The notes under the pieces: generated by a model
Told to the model about the DNA's origin: nothing
Seen by the model: the letters and a program-made list of their open reading frames with translations, nothing else
The model's database searches: none
NCBI GenBank assembly: GCA_965246715.1
Contig: CBDFFH010000044.1
Span: 32,001-96,000, forward strand
From: Chamaesiphon sp.
Lineage (GTDB): Bacteria; Cyanobacteriota; Cyanobacteriia; Cyanobacteriales; Chamaesiphonaceae
DNA length: 64,000 nucleotides
Direction of reading: 5' to 3'
In this document: one piece after another, positions 41,976-49,940 of the stretch
Layout of the letters: each line of letters begins with the position of its first letter
Numbering within the stretch: the first letter of the stretch is position 1
Program-made: the position numbers and the translations under genes

Positions 41976-42790
41976 TTGATAAACATCGCCCGATCGATCG
42001 GTACCCCACGATTTATTATTTATTACTCTCGATACGCTCCGCTATGATGTCGCCGAGGAGTGCCTGTTAGCAGGTCGCACACCAAACTTGGCGGGGTTAT
42101 TACCAGGGGGAATGTGGGAACGCCGCCACACGCCTGCAAGCTTCACTTATGCCGCTCACCAGGCGTTTTTTGCTGGTTTCCTACCCACACCAGATCGACC
42201 GGGGAAACATCCACGTTTATTCGCGCTCAGTTTTGCTGGGAGTGAGACAACGGGGGAAAATACCTATGTGTTTGAGACGGCGGATATTGTCTTGGGTTTT
42301 GCCCAACGCGGCTATCATACGATTTGCATCGGTGGAGTCGGCTTTTTTAACAAACAAAATGCATTGGGAAATGTCTTGCCAGGCATGTTTGCCGAAAGCC
42401 ATTGGCAGTCCGAGCTTAGGCGTAACCGATCCGCATTCTACCGAAAATCAAGTGGCACTCGCGATCGATCTCTTGCAGTCACTCCCCCCATTGCAGCGAG
42501 TCTTCCTGTTTATCAATATTTCGGCACTCCACCAACCCAACTGCATTTTTCGCCCTGGTGCGACGGTAGATTCTCGGGAAACTCAGGCGGCGGCGCTAGC
42601 TTATGTCGATCGACATCTTCCCCCATTATTTCAGGCGATGCAACAACGCGCCCCGACAAATTGCATCATTTGCTCGGATCATGGGACAGCATATGGTGAG
42701 GATGATTATATCGGCCATCGGTTGAGTCATCCAGTGGTGTGGACTGTTCCCTATGCAGAATTTGTGTTGGAATCGATTAGGGAATTTTAG
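41976..42790 (+). pseudogene. STM4013-like alkaline-phosphatase/sulfatase-superfamily hydrolase with two +1 frameshifts
   Basis: TTG 41976 MINIARSIGT / HDLLFITLDTLRYD (extra C at 42004-42007); HWQSEL / GVTDPHSTENQV (extra base near 42417); ALHQP and SDHG motifs; repaired ORF is 270 aa. Confidence 0.8.
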
Positions 42791-42821
42791 AATCGGTAGA
42801 GATAAGCTCCACTATCCCCAG

Positions 42822-43167
42822 GTGGGTGATGTTATTGGTACCTTTAAAGCTATGACAACCAACGGCTACATTACTGGCGTAGAATATCAAAATTGACCGT
42901 CTTTCGATCGTCGAATATGGCAACGAAGTTACGATGAACAGTAATCAAATATAAGATAACGTGTAGGGCGGGCATTGCCCACCGTCTAGGTTTTAGGCTT
43001 TTCTGATGTTATAAATATTTGCGCCGACCTACTTATGGCAACGAAGTTACGACGAACAGATCGTCCGCACCGATCGATTCTTGATAGCCATCCCACAATA
43101 TATCGAACACAATCCCCTCAAGTGGGAAAACGCCGAACTCCATCCAGATGTGAAATCAAAATGGTAG
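42822..43167 (+). pseudogene. Remnant of REP-associated tyrosine (Y1/RAYT) transposase
   Basis: GDVIGTFKAMTT...QN*PSFDRRIWQRSYDEQ / IVRTDRFL...YIEHNPLKWE; interrupted by a 26-bp direct repeat (42916-42941, 43034-43059). Confidence 0.75.
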
Positions 43168-43195
43168 GATTCCCCTCTCTCCCCAATCCGATCGC

Positions 43196-44605
43196 ATGAC
43201 CACATTAGCAACCTTACTCGCCACCTCCCCTTACACGACATATTCCTACGCCTACCCCCATAAAACCGCCTACCGTCCACTAGATCCGCAAGTTTCCCTG
43301 AATGAATTATGGGCACAGGAAAATCGTGAAGCCTTATTTCTCTATTTGCATATCCCTTTTTGTGAAATGCGGTGTGGATTTTGCAACTTATTTACTCAAA
43401 CAAATGCTGGCGAAGATTTAGTTACCGAGTATTTAAAAACCCTTGATCGAGAAGCCAAACAAGTAAAAGCCGCCCTGGGAGAGAGTCAATTTGCACGGAT
43501 GGCAATCGGTGGTGGTACTCCAACTTTCCTCAGTATCAGTGAATTAGATCGACTTTTCGATCTGGCGACAGAGATCGTGGGGGCAAATCCACTAAATATC
43601 CCTACATCAGTAGAAGTTTCGCCCCAAACCGCCACTTTAGACAAATTAAAACTCTTAAAAATACGCGGAGTCGATCGCATCAGTATCGGGATTCAGAGTT
43701 TTATCCCCGCCGAAACCGCTGCTGCGGGGAGACCGCAATCGATCGATAATGTCTATGCAGCCTTAGAACGGATTAAATCTGTCGATTTTCCCACCCTGAA
43801 TCTAGATCTGATTTACGGTTTACCAGGACAATCGATCGAAAGTTGGCTGGCATCACTCCAGATTGCCCTCAGCTTCGCTCCAGAAGAACTTTACCTCTAT
43901 CCCCTCTATATACGACCGTTGACGGGTTTAGGCCGCTCCAAACGCGACTGGCATGACGAACGCCGCGAATACTATCGTCAAGGTCGCGATTTGCTATCGA
44001 GCAATGGCTACGAACAAATCTCCATGCGAATGTTTCGCCTAACCACCCCCACCCCCGCGATCTTCCTTTCCCCTTCCCCACTCTACTGTTGTCAAGCCGA
44101 TGGGATGCTCGGACTCGGTTGTGGTGCCCGATCGTATACATCTCACCTCCATTATTCTAGTGAATATGCGGTCGGTATGAATGGGATTCAGGAAATTATT
44201 ACTAATTACATCCAACACGAAGACGATCGATTTAATTGGGTTGATTATGGTTATCGATTAAATTTAGGCGATCGTCAGCGTCGGTTTCTGATTCAATCGC
44301 TATTGCAATCAGAAGGCTTAGATTTGAGTAGTTATCAAAAAGAATTTGACAGTGCTGCGCTGAGTGATTTTCCACAGTTAATGGATTTAGTAACCCTAGA
44401 ATTAGCAACCTTGGCAGGAGACAGCGACACTGGAGAACGAGGAGATGGGGAGCTATCCAAAATTCAAAATCCCCAATCCCCAATCCCCAATCCCCAATCC
44501 AAAATCATCCTAACTTCAGCCGGAATGGAAGCCTCCGACACCCTCGGCGCATGGCTCTATTCACCCCAAGTCAAAGAATTGATGGAGGCTTATCAATGGC
44601 GTTAG
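43196..44605 (+). CDS. HemN-like (class C) radical SAM protein, STM4012-like
   Basis: YSYAYPHKTAYRP, LYLHIPFCEMRCGFC, GGGTPT, ISIGIQSF and DLIYGLPGQ motifs. Confidence 0.9.
   Translation: MTTLATLLATSPYTTYSYAYPHKTAYRPLDPQVSLNELWAQENREALFLYLHIPFCEMRCGFCNLFTQTNAGEDLVTEYLKTLDREAKQVKAALGESQFARMAIGGGTPTFLSISELDRLFDLATEIVGANPLNIPTSVEVSPQTATLDKLKLLKIRGVDRISIGIQSFIPAETAAAGRPQSIDNVYAALERIKSVDFPTLNLDLIYGLPGQSIESWLASLQIALSFAPEELYLYPLYIRPLTGLGRSKRDWHDERREYYRQGRDLLSSNGYEQISMRMFRLTTPTPAIFLSPSPLYCCQADGMLGLGCGARSYTSHLHYSSEYAVGMNGIQEIITNYIQHEDDRFNWVDYGYRLNLGDRQRRFLIQSLLQSEGLDLSSYQKEFDSAALSDFPQLMDLVTLELATLAGDSDTGERGDGELSKIQNPQSPIPNPQSKIILTSAGMEASDTLGAWLYSPQVKELMEAYQWR
44456..44504 (+). repeat. Seven STRR-type heptamers (TCCCCAA/TCCAAAA) inside the radical SAM gene
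   Basis: Tandem 7-mers translated as SKIQNPQSPIPNPQSK. Confidence 0.9.
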
Positions 44606-45456
44606 ATTTATCGATTTTATATCGCGGCTTGCTCTCTAGTTGTAACTATGGTTGTGAGTATTGCCCCTTTGCCAAGCGGACTAATACTGCGGCCGACTTG
44701 GTGCAGGACAAAGCAGAACTCGATCGCTTTGTCGGTTGGATCGGCGATCGACATAACGATCGATTTGGTATCCTATTTACCCCGTGGGGTGAAGCTCTAA
44801 TTCATCGCTATTATCAAGCAGCGATCGAACGACTATCTCAGCTTACACAGGTAACTAAAGTCGCCATCCAAACCAATCTTACCTGTAATTTAGATTGGGT
44901 CGAGGACTGTAACAAACAAACATTGGCACTATGGACTACTTATCACCCAACCGAAGTAGCGATCGAGCAATTCTTAGCCAAATGCCACGAACTCGATCGG
45001 CGAAATGTTCGCTATAGTGTCGGCATTGTTGGTTTGAGAGAGCATCAAGAACACGCGCAAATGTTGCGTCGTGAATTATCACCCGATGTTTATCTATGGG
45101 TGAATGCTTATAAACGTCAGGTGGATTATTATACTGCTGCCGATATCGATTTATTTACTCAAATCGATCGATTGTTTCCGATTAATAACCAAATTTATAA
45201 TACTTTCAATAAACCCTGCCGAACGGGTGAAACTGTAATTTCAGTGGATGGAACCGGAACGATGCGGCGGTGTCATTTCATTCCAGATGCGATCGGGAAT
45301 ATTTACGATTCAGATTTGGAGCAAATATTAGTTCCCAGAAATTGCACCAATCGAGTTTGTCGCTGTCATATCGGTTATGTCCATTTACCTGAGTTAAATT
45401 TGGATGAGGTATATGGCGATGGAATTTTAGAAAGAATTCCTGTTACGGGTGGTTAG
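44596..45456 (+). CDS. Radical SAM protein, STM4011-like, with Cys-rich C-terminal (SPASM/twitch-like) domain
   Basis: YRG..SSCNYGCEYCPFAK, FTPWGEAL and CRTG...CHF...CTNRVCRCHIG; ATG overlaps the upstream gene end. Confidence 0.88.
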   Translation: MALDLSILYRGLLSSCNYGCEYCPFAKRTNTAADLVQDKAELDRFVGWIGDRHNDRFGILFTPWGEALIHRYYQAAIERLSQLTQVTKVAIQTNLTCNLDWVEDCNKQTLALWTTYHPTEVAIEQFLAKCHELDRRNVRYSVGIVGLREHQEHAQMLRRELSPDVYLWVNAYKRQVDYYTAADIDLFTQIDRLFPINNQIYNTFNKPCRTGETVISVDGTGTMRRCHFIPDAIGNIYDSDLEQILVPRNCTNRVCRCHIGYVHLPELNLDEVYGDGILERIPVTGG

Positions 45457-45469
45457 AACCGTATTTATT

Positions 45470-45595
45470 CGATGGAAGCGGGCGGTTTTAACTGCGCCTA
45501 TATAAACGAAGTCCACCTTCGCGGACTAAAACCTGTCTCAACCCGCGAAGGCGGGTTTCGGTTGTCTAGCGGCGGTTTCAACCGCTCGGCTATTA
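45470..45595. repeat. REP-like multi-hairpin repeat
   Basis: GTCCACCTTCGCGGAC and ACCCGCGAAGGCGGGT hairpins; related hairpins occur at about 5.3, 31.6, 38.3 and 51.7 kb. Confidence 0.75.
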
Positions 45596-45645
45596 ACGAT
45601 GCTCGATCGGGCATAATTAATTTACCTCTACTTCCACACCTTCCC

Positions 45646-46731
45646 ATGTCTCAACCCAATCCCGATCGCACCGATGCCATTCTTGGCGGACAAAATCCAC
45701 CCCCGATCGATGCTGCTATTTTGGGTGGTGAAATTGGCAGAAAACAGAGATTACAATATGAGAAAGCGATCGCCAGAGAAAATAAATTCTGGCGTAATTT
45801 TGAATATTTAGATGGTTTGCCCGGTAGTTATGCTATGACTTTTGCCGATCGACATGTGGTGAATTGGGAAATAGACACAGAAATCATTGAGCCAAAAGAA
45901 ATAGCATATGCTTTAAGAGCTAATAAATGGGATTATGAAAATGCAAAGATAAACTTCTACAATAAGTTGGGTGCTATGCTTTGCCATCCCGATGTGCATC
46001 GAATTGAGGCATTGGTTTTTGGCTGGTGCTATTTGGAAGATACAGATGCTATTGAGATATTAGTTAAAAATTATCGATCGCTGGCTGGATTAAAAGCTAT
46101 ATTTCTGGGGGATATTGAAGACAGAGAAATGATGATTTCTGATATTTGGTTAGCTGATGTTAGTCCGATATTATCACTCTATCCAAATCTTGAATTATTA
46201 CACCTCAGAGGCGGCAGAGCCTTGAGGTTTAGTGAATGGCGACACGAGCAGCTAAAAGCGTTAAGAGTTGAGAGCGGTGGATTGAATCGTGAGGCAATAC
46301 TAGATTTAAACCAATTAGAGCTACCAGAATTAGAATATCTAGAACTGTGGATGGGTAGACCTGACTATGGGGGAAATTCTTCAATAGATGATTTAATGCC
46401 AATCCTTTCTGGTGAAAAATTTCCGAAGCTAAAATATTTAGGACTGAGAAATTGCGAATATGCAAATGACATCGCTTTTGAATTAGTCCGGTCGCCTATT
46501 ATAGAAAGTCTAATCGAGCTAGATTTATCAATGGGAACTCTACAATTAGAAGGCTTTCAGGCATTGTTAAATTGCCCAAAAATAACCGAGCTAGAAGTCC
46601 TCAATGTTGCTCAAACTTGTATCGGTCGAGCTTTTACTGGTACGTTACCTGTAAGTGAGTTTAAATGTCGGTTAATTATGGAAGGTCAACGCGGGGGACC
46701 TTCTTATCGATATTGTGTTGTTGGAGAGTAA
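45646..46731 (+). CDS. Second STM4015-like LRR protein with cyanobacterial DAxLGG-repeat leader
   Basis: MSQPNPDRTDAILGGQNPPPIDAAILGG; AIFLGDIED, LEYLELWMG..DYGG and LKYLGLRN motifs; ends RYCVVGE. Confidence 0.8.
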   Translation: MSQPNPDRTDAILGGQNPPPIDAAILGGEIGRKQRLQYEKAIARENKFWRNFEYLDGLPGSYAMTFADRHVVNWEIDTEIIEPKEIAYALRANKWDYENAKINFYNKLGAMLCHPDVHRIEALVFGWCYLEDTDAIEILVKNYRSLAGLKAIFLGDIEDREMMISDIWLADVSPILSLYPNLELLHLRGGRALRFSEWRHEQLKALRVESGGLNREAILDLNQLELPELEYLELWMGRPDYGGNSSIDDLMPILSGEKFPKLKYLGLRNCEYANDIAFELVRSPIIESLIELDLSMGTLQLEGFQALLNCPKITELEVLNVAQTCIGRAFTGTLPVSEFKCRLIMEGQRGGPSYRYCVVGE

Positions 46732-46772
46732 ATGTAAATTTCGGAGGGCATGCTCTCGTGCTTGCCATTCAT

Positions 46773-47795
46773 TCAAGTCTCCACCAAAGGTTTATACAAC
46801 TCCGGATCGTCAAATCCCGCCGTCCAAGCTATGGCTTGATGACAAGTCTGCATATTTGGCGGCACGCGGATGATGTATTGATTTGCTGTCGAAGGACAGA
46901 TTACCGCCACACAAACCAAATCCTCATCTCCCGCCATCGACACCCGCAACAGCCGCCGCTCACCACCAGGATCGGTATCGGTATGCAATACCTCAGCCTG
47001 TGCCTGCAAGATGAATCGATCGTACCCAAACCGTTCGAGCAATACCCGTCGCAACTCGGCATTCCGTTCGGCGAGGATCTCATCTACCGTAATCGTTTCC
47101 GGCGCGAAGGCAATCCGCCGATCGATCGGGACTCCATTCCAGCGTAATTGCACATCCCGTAACGACTCTGGCAATCGATCGATCTGCGTGCGCGCGATAT
47201 CCAGCCAGGAGCTAATTTCGATCCCTTCTGGGAGGGCTGTGAGGAGATTGCAGCCGCTCAAATTGAGGGAAGCGATCCGTAAGCCAAACTGGGGCAGACT
47301 AGTCAAGTGGGAGCAATTGCGAACATTCAATCGCCCTAACGAAATCGACACCGAAGCCGGGAATTCAGTGAGTCGATCGCACCCTTCGAGATCGAGGAAA
47401 CACACCTCTAGCGCCAGCGGCAGCTCGGTTAACGCCGTACAACCATTCAAGATCAGCGAACCAACTTTCAAGCCATTGGGGAGGCGTTTTAGTGCCTGAC
47501 AATTTTGAAGATCGAGGCGATATGCCACCTGAAGATCGCTTGGTAAGGAGGTCAACCCAGTACCCTCAGCAATGAGTTGGGTGCAGTGTAAATTGCTGGG
47601 CAGACTAGTCAATGCCGTACAGTTGCGGACATTTAGAGTTCGCACTGTGAGATTGGCTGGTAGCTCGCGCAGTTGAGTGTTCCCGAAAAATTCTAAATTT
47701 CCCGTTACCGTCATCTCATACGGAAATGGAGTCATCGGCTCGCTCGCTCGCTCGAGAATGAGCTTGGTAGCCTCCGCTGGCGTGTAATTAGGCAT
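46773..47795 (-). CDS. LRR protein with C-terminal DUF6745-like domain
   Basis: LxxCxxLxxLP repeats, then EILAERNAELRRVLLERFGY...CPST..YIIRVPP...CHQAIAWTAG. Confidence 0.8.
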   Translation of the reverse strand: MPNYTPAEATKLILERASEPMTPFPYEMTVTGNLEFFGNTQLRELPANLTVRTLNVRNCTALTSLPSNLHCTQLIAEGTGLTSLPSDLQVAYRLDLQNCQALKRLPNGLKVGSLILNGCTALTELPLALEVCFLDLEGCDRLTEFPASVSISLGRLNVRNCSHLTSLPQFGLRIASLNLSGCNLLTALPEGIEISSWLDIARTQIDRLPESLRDVQLRWNGVPIDRRIAFAPETITVDEILAERNAELRRVLLERFGYDRFILQAQAEVLHTDTDPGGERRLLRVSMAGDEDLVCVAVICPSTANQYIIRVPPNMQTCHQAIAWTAGFDDPELYKPLVET

Positions 47796-47801
47796 GGTTA
47801 A

Positions 47802-48098
47802 CTAATCCGCGATCGTCCGAATTTCAGTTGGGGTATATTCCCGTTGTTGCCACACGCGATAATTACCTTGTGGAAGGGAGATCGTCGCATGTTCTTCATG
47901 GACGAGATTGGCAGATGGCGCTAATACCTGGAGATAGAGATTGCCGTCTCGCTCGAACATTTGGGCATCGCCAAATTTCTCGATCCGATGCGTATGTCCG
48001 GTCATTTCCCCATGTGCGAGGATACAATTCGGCTGTCTACTGGCATCTGCGGGAATTTCCGCGATCGCCGCCACAAAAACATCTCCGTGTCTCCACAT
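47802..48098 (-). CDS. Small His-rich conserved protein (partner of DUF6745 proteins)
   Basis: RHGDV, LAHGEMTGHTH, HEEH and YRVWQQREY motifs; GAGGA RBS. Confidence 0.8.
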   Translation of the reverse strand: MWRHGDVFVAAIAEIPADASRQPNCILAHGEMTGHTHRIEKFGDAQMFERDGNLYLQVLAPSANLVHEEHATISLPQGNYRVWQQREYTPTEIRTIAD

Positions 48099-48298
48099 AA
48101 TACTTTCCTCAAATACTTAGGTATGAGCTAGATCTGGTAGTTTGTAGCTCTGTTTATAATTATACCCAACCACACAAACACCAATTCCTAATTCGATCGG
48201 CGCTTGCGGATCTTCATCGATCGCGAGATCGCCGATTTCACTATACCTGTTGCCGACTTCGATGACAATGCCAAACTGCCAAGCGAGAGATCGATCCG

Positions 48299-48766
48299 CT
48301 ACCTAAAATTTGTAAATCCTAACCGCTGGCGCAAGGCTGAGGAGAATAGACGAATACCAGGAACGAACACGATCCCCAACTGTTGCATCATTCCCGCCTG
48401 GTCGCCTTGTCCCCAATGTTCGACCACCTTACCATCGATGACTCGATCGATATGCATCACCGCAATTTTCACCGCCTTACCTGTTGCTGGTAATCCCTGA
48501 AAATTGCCTAAATGAGTACCTGTAAATATACCTTGAGTTACTACTTTATCGCCTTGTCCGATCGCATTTTCAAATTGATGGCAACCGTCAGGAAAAGCTC
48601 GCTGAAAGTCTGCGCCAAAGGTGGTAAAAGCATCGCGATTTAAAGCTGCTGGCATCCCGACTAGATATGCGGCAAAATCTTCAGCTAACAGATCTTTAAC
48701 GCTAACAAAATCACCTCGATCGAACGTAGCATAGAGTTCTAGAACTAGTTCGGTAGTGGTTTTCAT
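48299..48766 (-). CDS. SnoaL-like ester/polyketide cyclase (NTF2 fold)
   Basis: AFPD, GDKVV, GTHLGNFQGLPATGK and DGKVVEHW motifs. Confidence 0.88.
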   Translation of the reverse strand: MKTTTELVLELYATFDRGDFVSVKDLLAEDFAAYLVGMPAALNRDAFTTFGADFQRAFPDGCHQFENAIGQGDKVVTQGIFTGTHLGNFQGLPATGKAVKIAVMHIDRVIDGKVVEHWGQGDQAGMMQQLGIVFVPGIRLFSSALRQRLGFTNFR

Positions 48767-48771
48767 CTGGA

Positions 48772-49830
48772 TTAAACGATCGATGCGGTGGCTAGTTCTC
48801 CAATCTGTGCCAACTGTTTAGTTGCGGCACCACTGCTAAGTAATTCCCGTGCTAACTGCATCCCCAGCTGCATATTGGCGACCGCGCCACAGTGCCAGAG
48901 ATAAAATCCCGCATTCCAGAGGACAGAGTTGAGGAGTTCCGAAGATTCTCCATGCAGCACTGTGGCAAAATTTGCCATTAGTTCTGGTGTCGGCAGTAGT
49001 GGTGCATTCAGATTGCTCAAATCGTAGTCATAATGATGCAGAAAAATTCGCTCTAATTCTTGCCCAGCCTGATGAACGCCAGCAATTACAGTGCGATCGC
49101 GTGGCAGATCGGTACTCCCTTCTAACCCCTTAATCGTGGTAATTTTATGCGGAGTTCCGCGCAAGGCTGCAGCAACTAGTGCCGTTTGTTCGGTGGGGGG
49201 ATGGACATAACCAAAGATCAGATGAGCCTCACCAGCATAAGGACACCACATTAATTCTAGCGTCGCGATCGGCGGTCGCTTGCCGATTTGGTCGCGATAG
49301 GGGGTCAGTCCAGCTGCCAGCGGAAAATGAGTCGGGGTGTAGACAAAGCCCAAGCCTGTTGTCGCGAAGATCGATTGAATGCGATCGAAAGACAGCTTCG
49401 ACCAATCTACCCCCCATTCCTGCCAGATATCGACCAGCGGAATGCCATGTTTGGTCGGCATTCGATCGCCACCGTGCAAGATGACCGGAATCCCCGCTGC
49501 GGTCATAATTAGAGCGACTAGTGGCGCGAGTGGCGCGGTACGCGATCGACCATCATACGGAATGCCAAAAATTACCGGCGATCGCGAGTGGCTGGCAACG
49601 GGTTGTAATTGCGGCCCGAGCTTGGCATAAGCATCTTGCATCCCTGCCAACTCTGCTCCAGTCGGACGCTTAATCCGATGAGCGATCATAAATGCCCCGA
49701 TTTGAGCGGGGGTAGCAGTTTGCAGCAGCATCAGTTCCATTGCTTCTGCGGCATCCTCGCGCGTTAAACTTTTGCCTGTATGTGGCCCACTGCCAATTTT
49801 TTGGACGAATTCCCGAAATCGATCGCTCAT
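48772..49830 (-). CDS. cnaT: TrpD-like glycosyltransferase-family-3 protein (CnaT/YbiB type)
   Basis: KIGSGPHT, QIGAFMIAHRIKR and YDGRSRTAP motifs; immediately downstream of ntcB. Confidence 0.75.
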   Translation of the reverse strand: MSDRFREFVQKIGSGPHTGKSLTREDAAEAMELMLLQTATPAQIGAFMIAHRIKRPTGAELAGMQDAYAKLGPQLQPVASHSRSPVIFGIPYDGRSRTAPLAPLVALIMTAAGIPVILHGGDRMPTKHGIPLVDIWQEWGVDWSKLSFDRIQSIFATTGLGFVYTPTHFPLAAGLTPYRDQIGKRPPIATLELMWCPYAGEAHLIFGYVHPPTEQTALVAAALRGTPHKITTIKGLEGSTDLPRDRTVIAGVHQAGQELERIFLHHYDYDLSNLNAPLLPTPELMANFATVLHGESSELLNSVLWNAGFYLWHCGAVANMQLGMQLARELLSSGAATKQLAQIGELATASIV

Positions 49831-49940
49831 TTGTAGTGAATGTTATGGCTAGTGGCTGCAAAAATAGATTTTTTTTGTAGTCACTTAACTCCTGGTGATA
49901 GAAATGTGTGGCATAGCGTAATATGAAAATCGAAAGATAA

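Noticed and set aside
42916..43059. 26-bp direct repeat as a mini-CRISPR
   Set aside because: Only two copies, a 92-bp spacer and no cas genes; the repeat is coding sequence of a RAYT remnant.
43196..44605. Housekeeping hemN/hemW
   Set aside because: The YPHKTAYRP N-terminus and operon context indicate the STM4012-like subfamily.
47802..48098. RiPP precursor peptide for the radical SAM/ATP-grasp cluster
   Set aside because: It looks like a folded metal-binding domain, not a leader-core peptide. No other convincing short precursor ORF was found in the cluster's intergenic gaps.
48772..49830. trpD (tryptophan synthesis)
   Set aside because: It lacks the canonical GTGGD PRPP loop, has YDGRSR instead, and lies beside ntcB.
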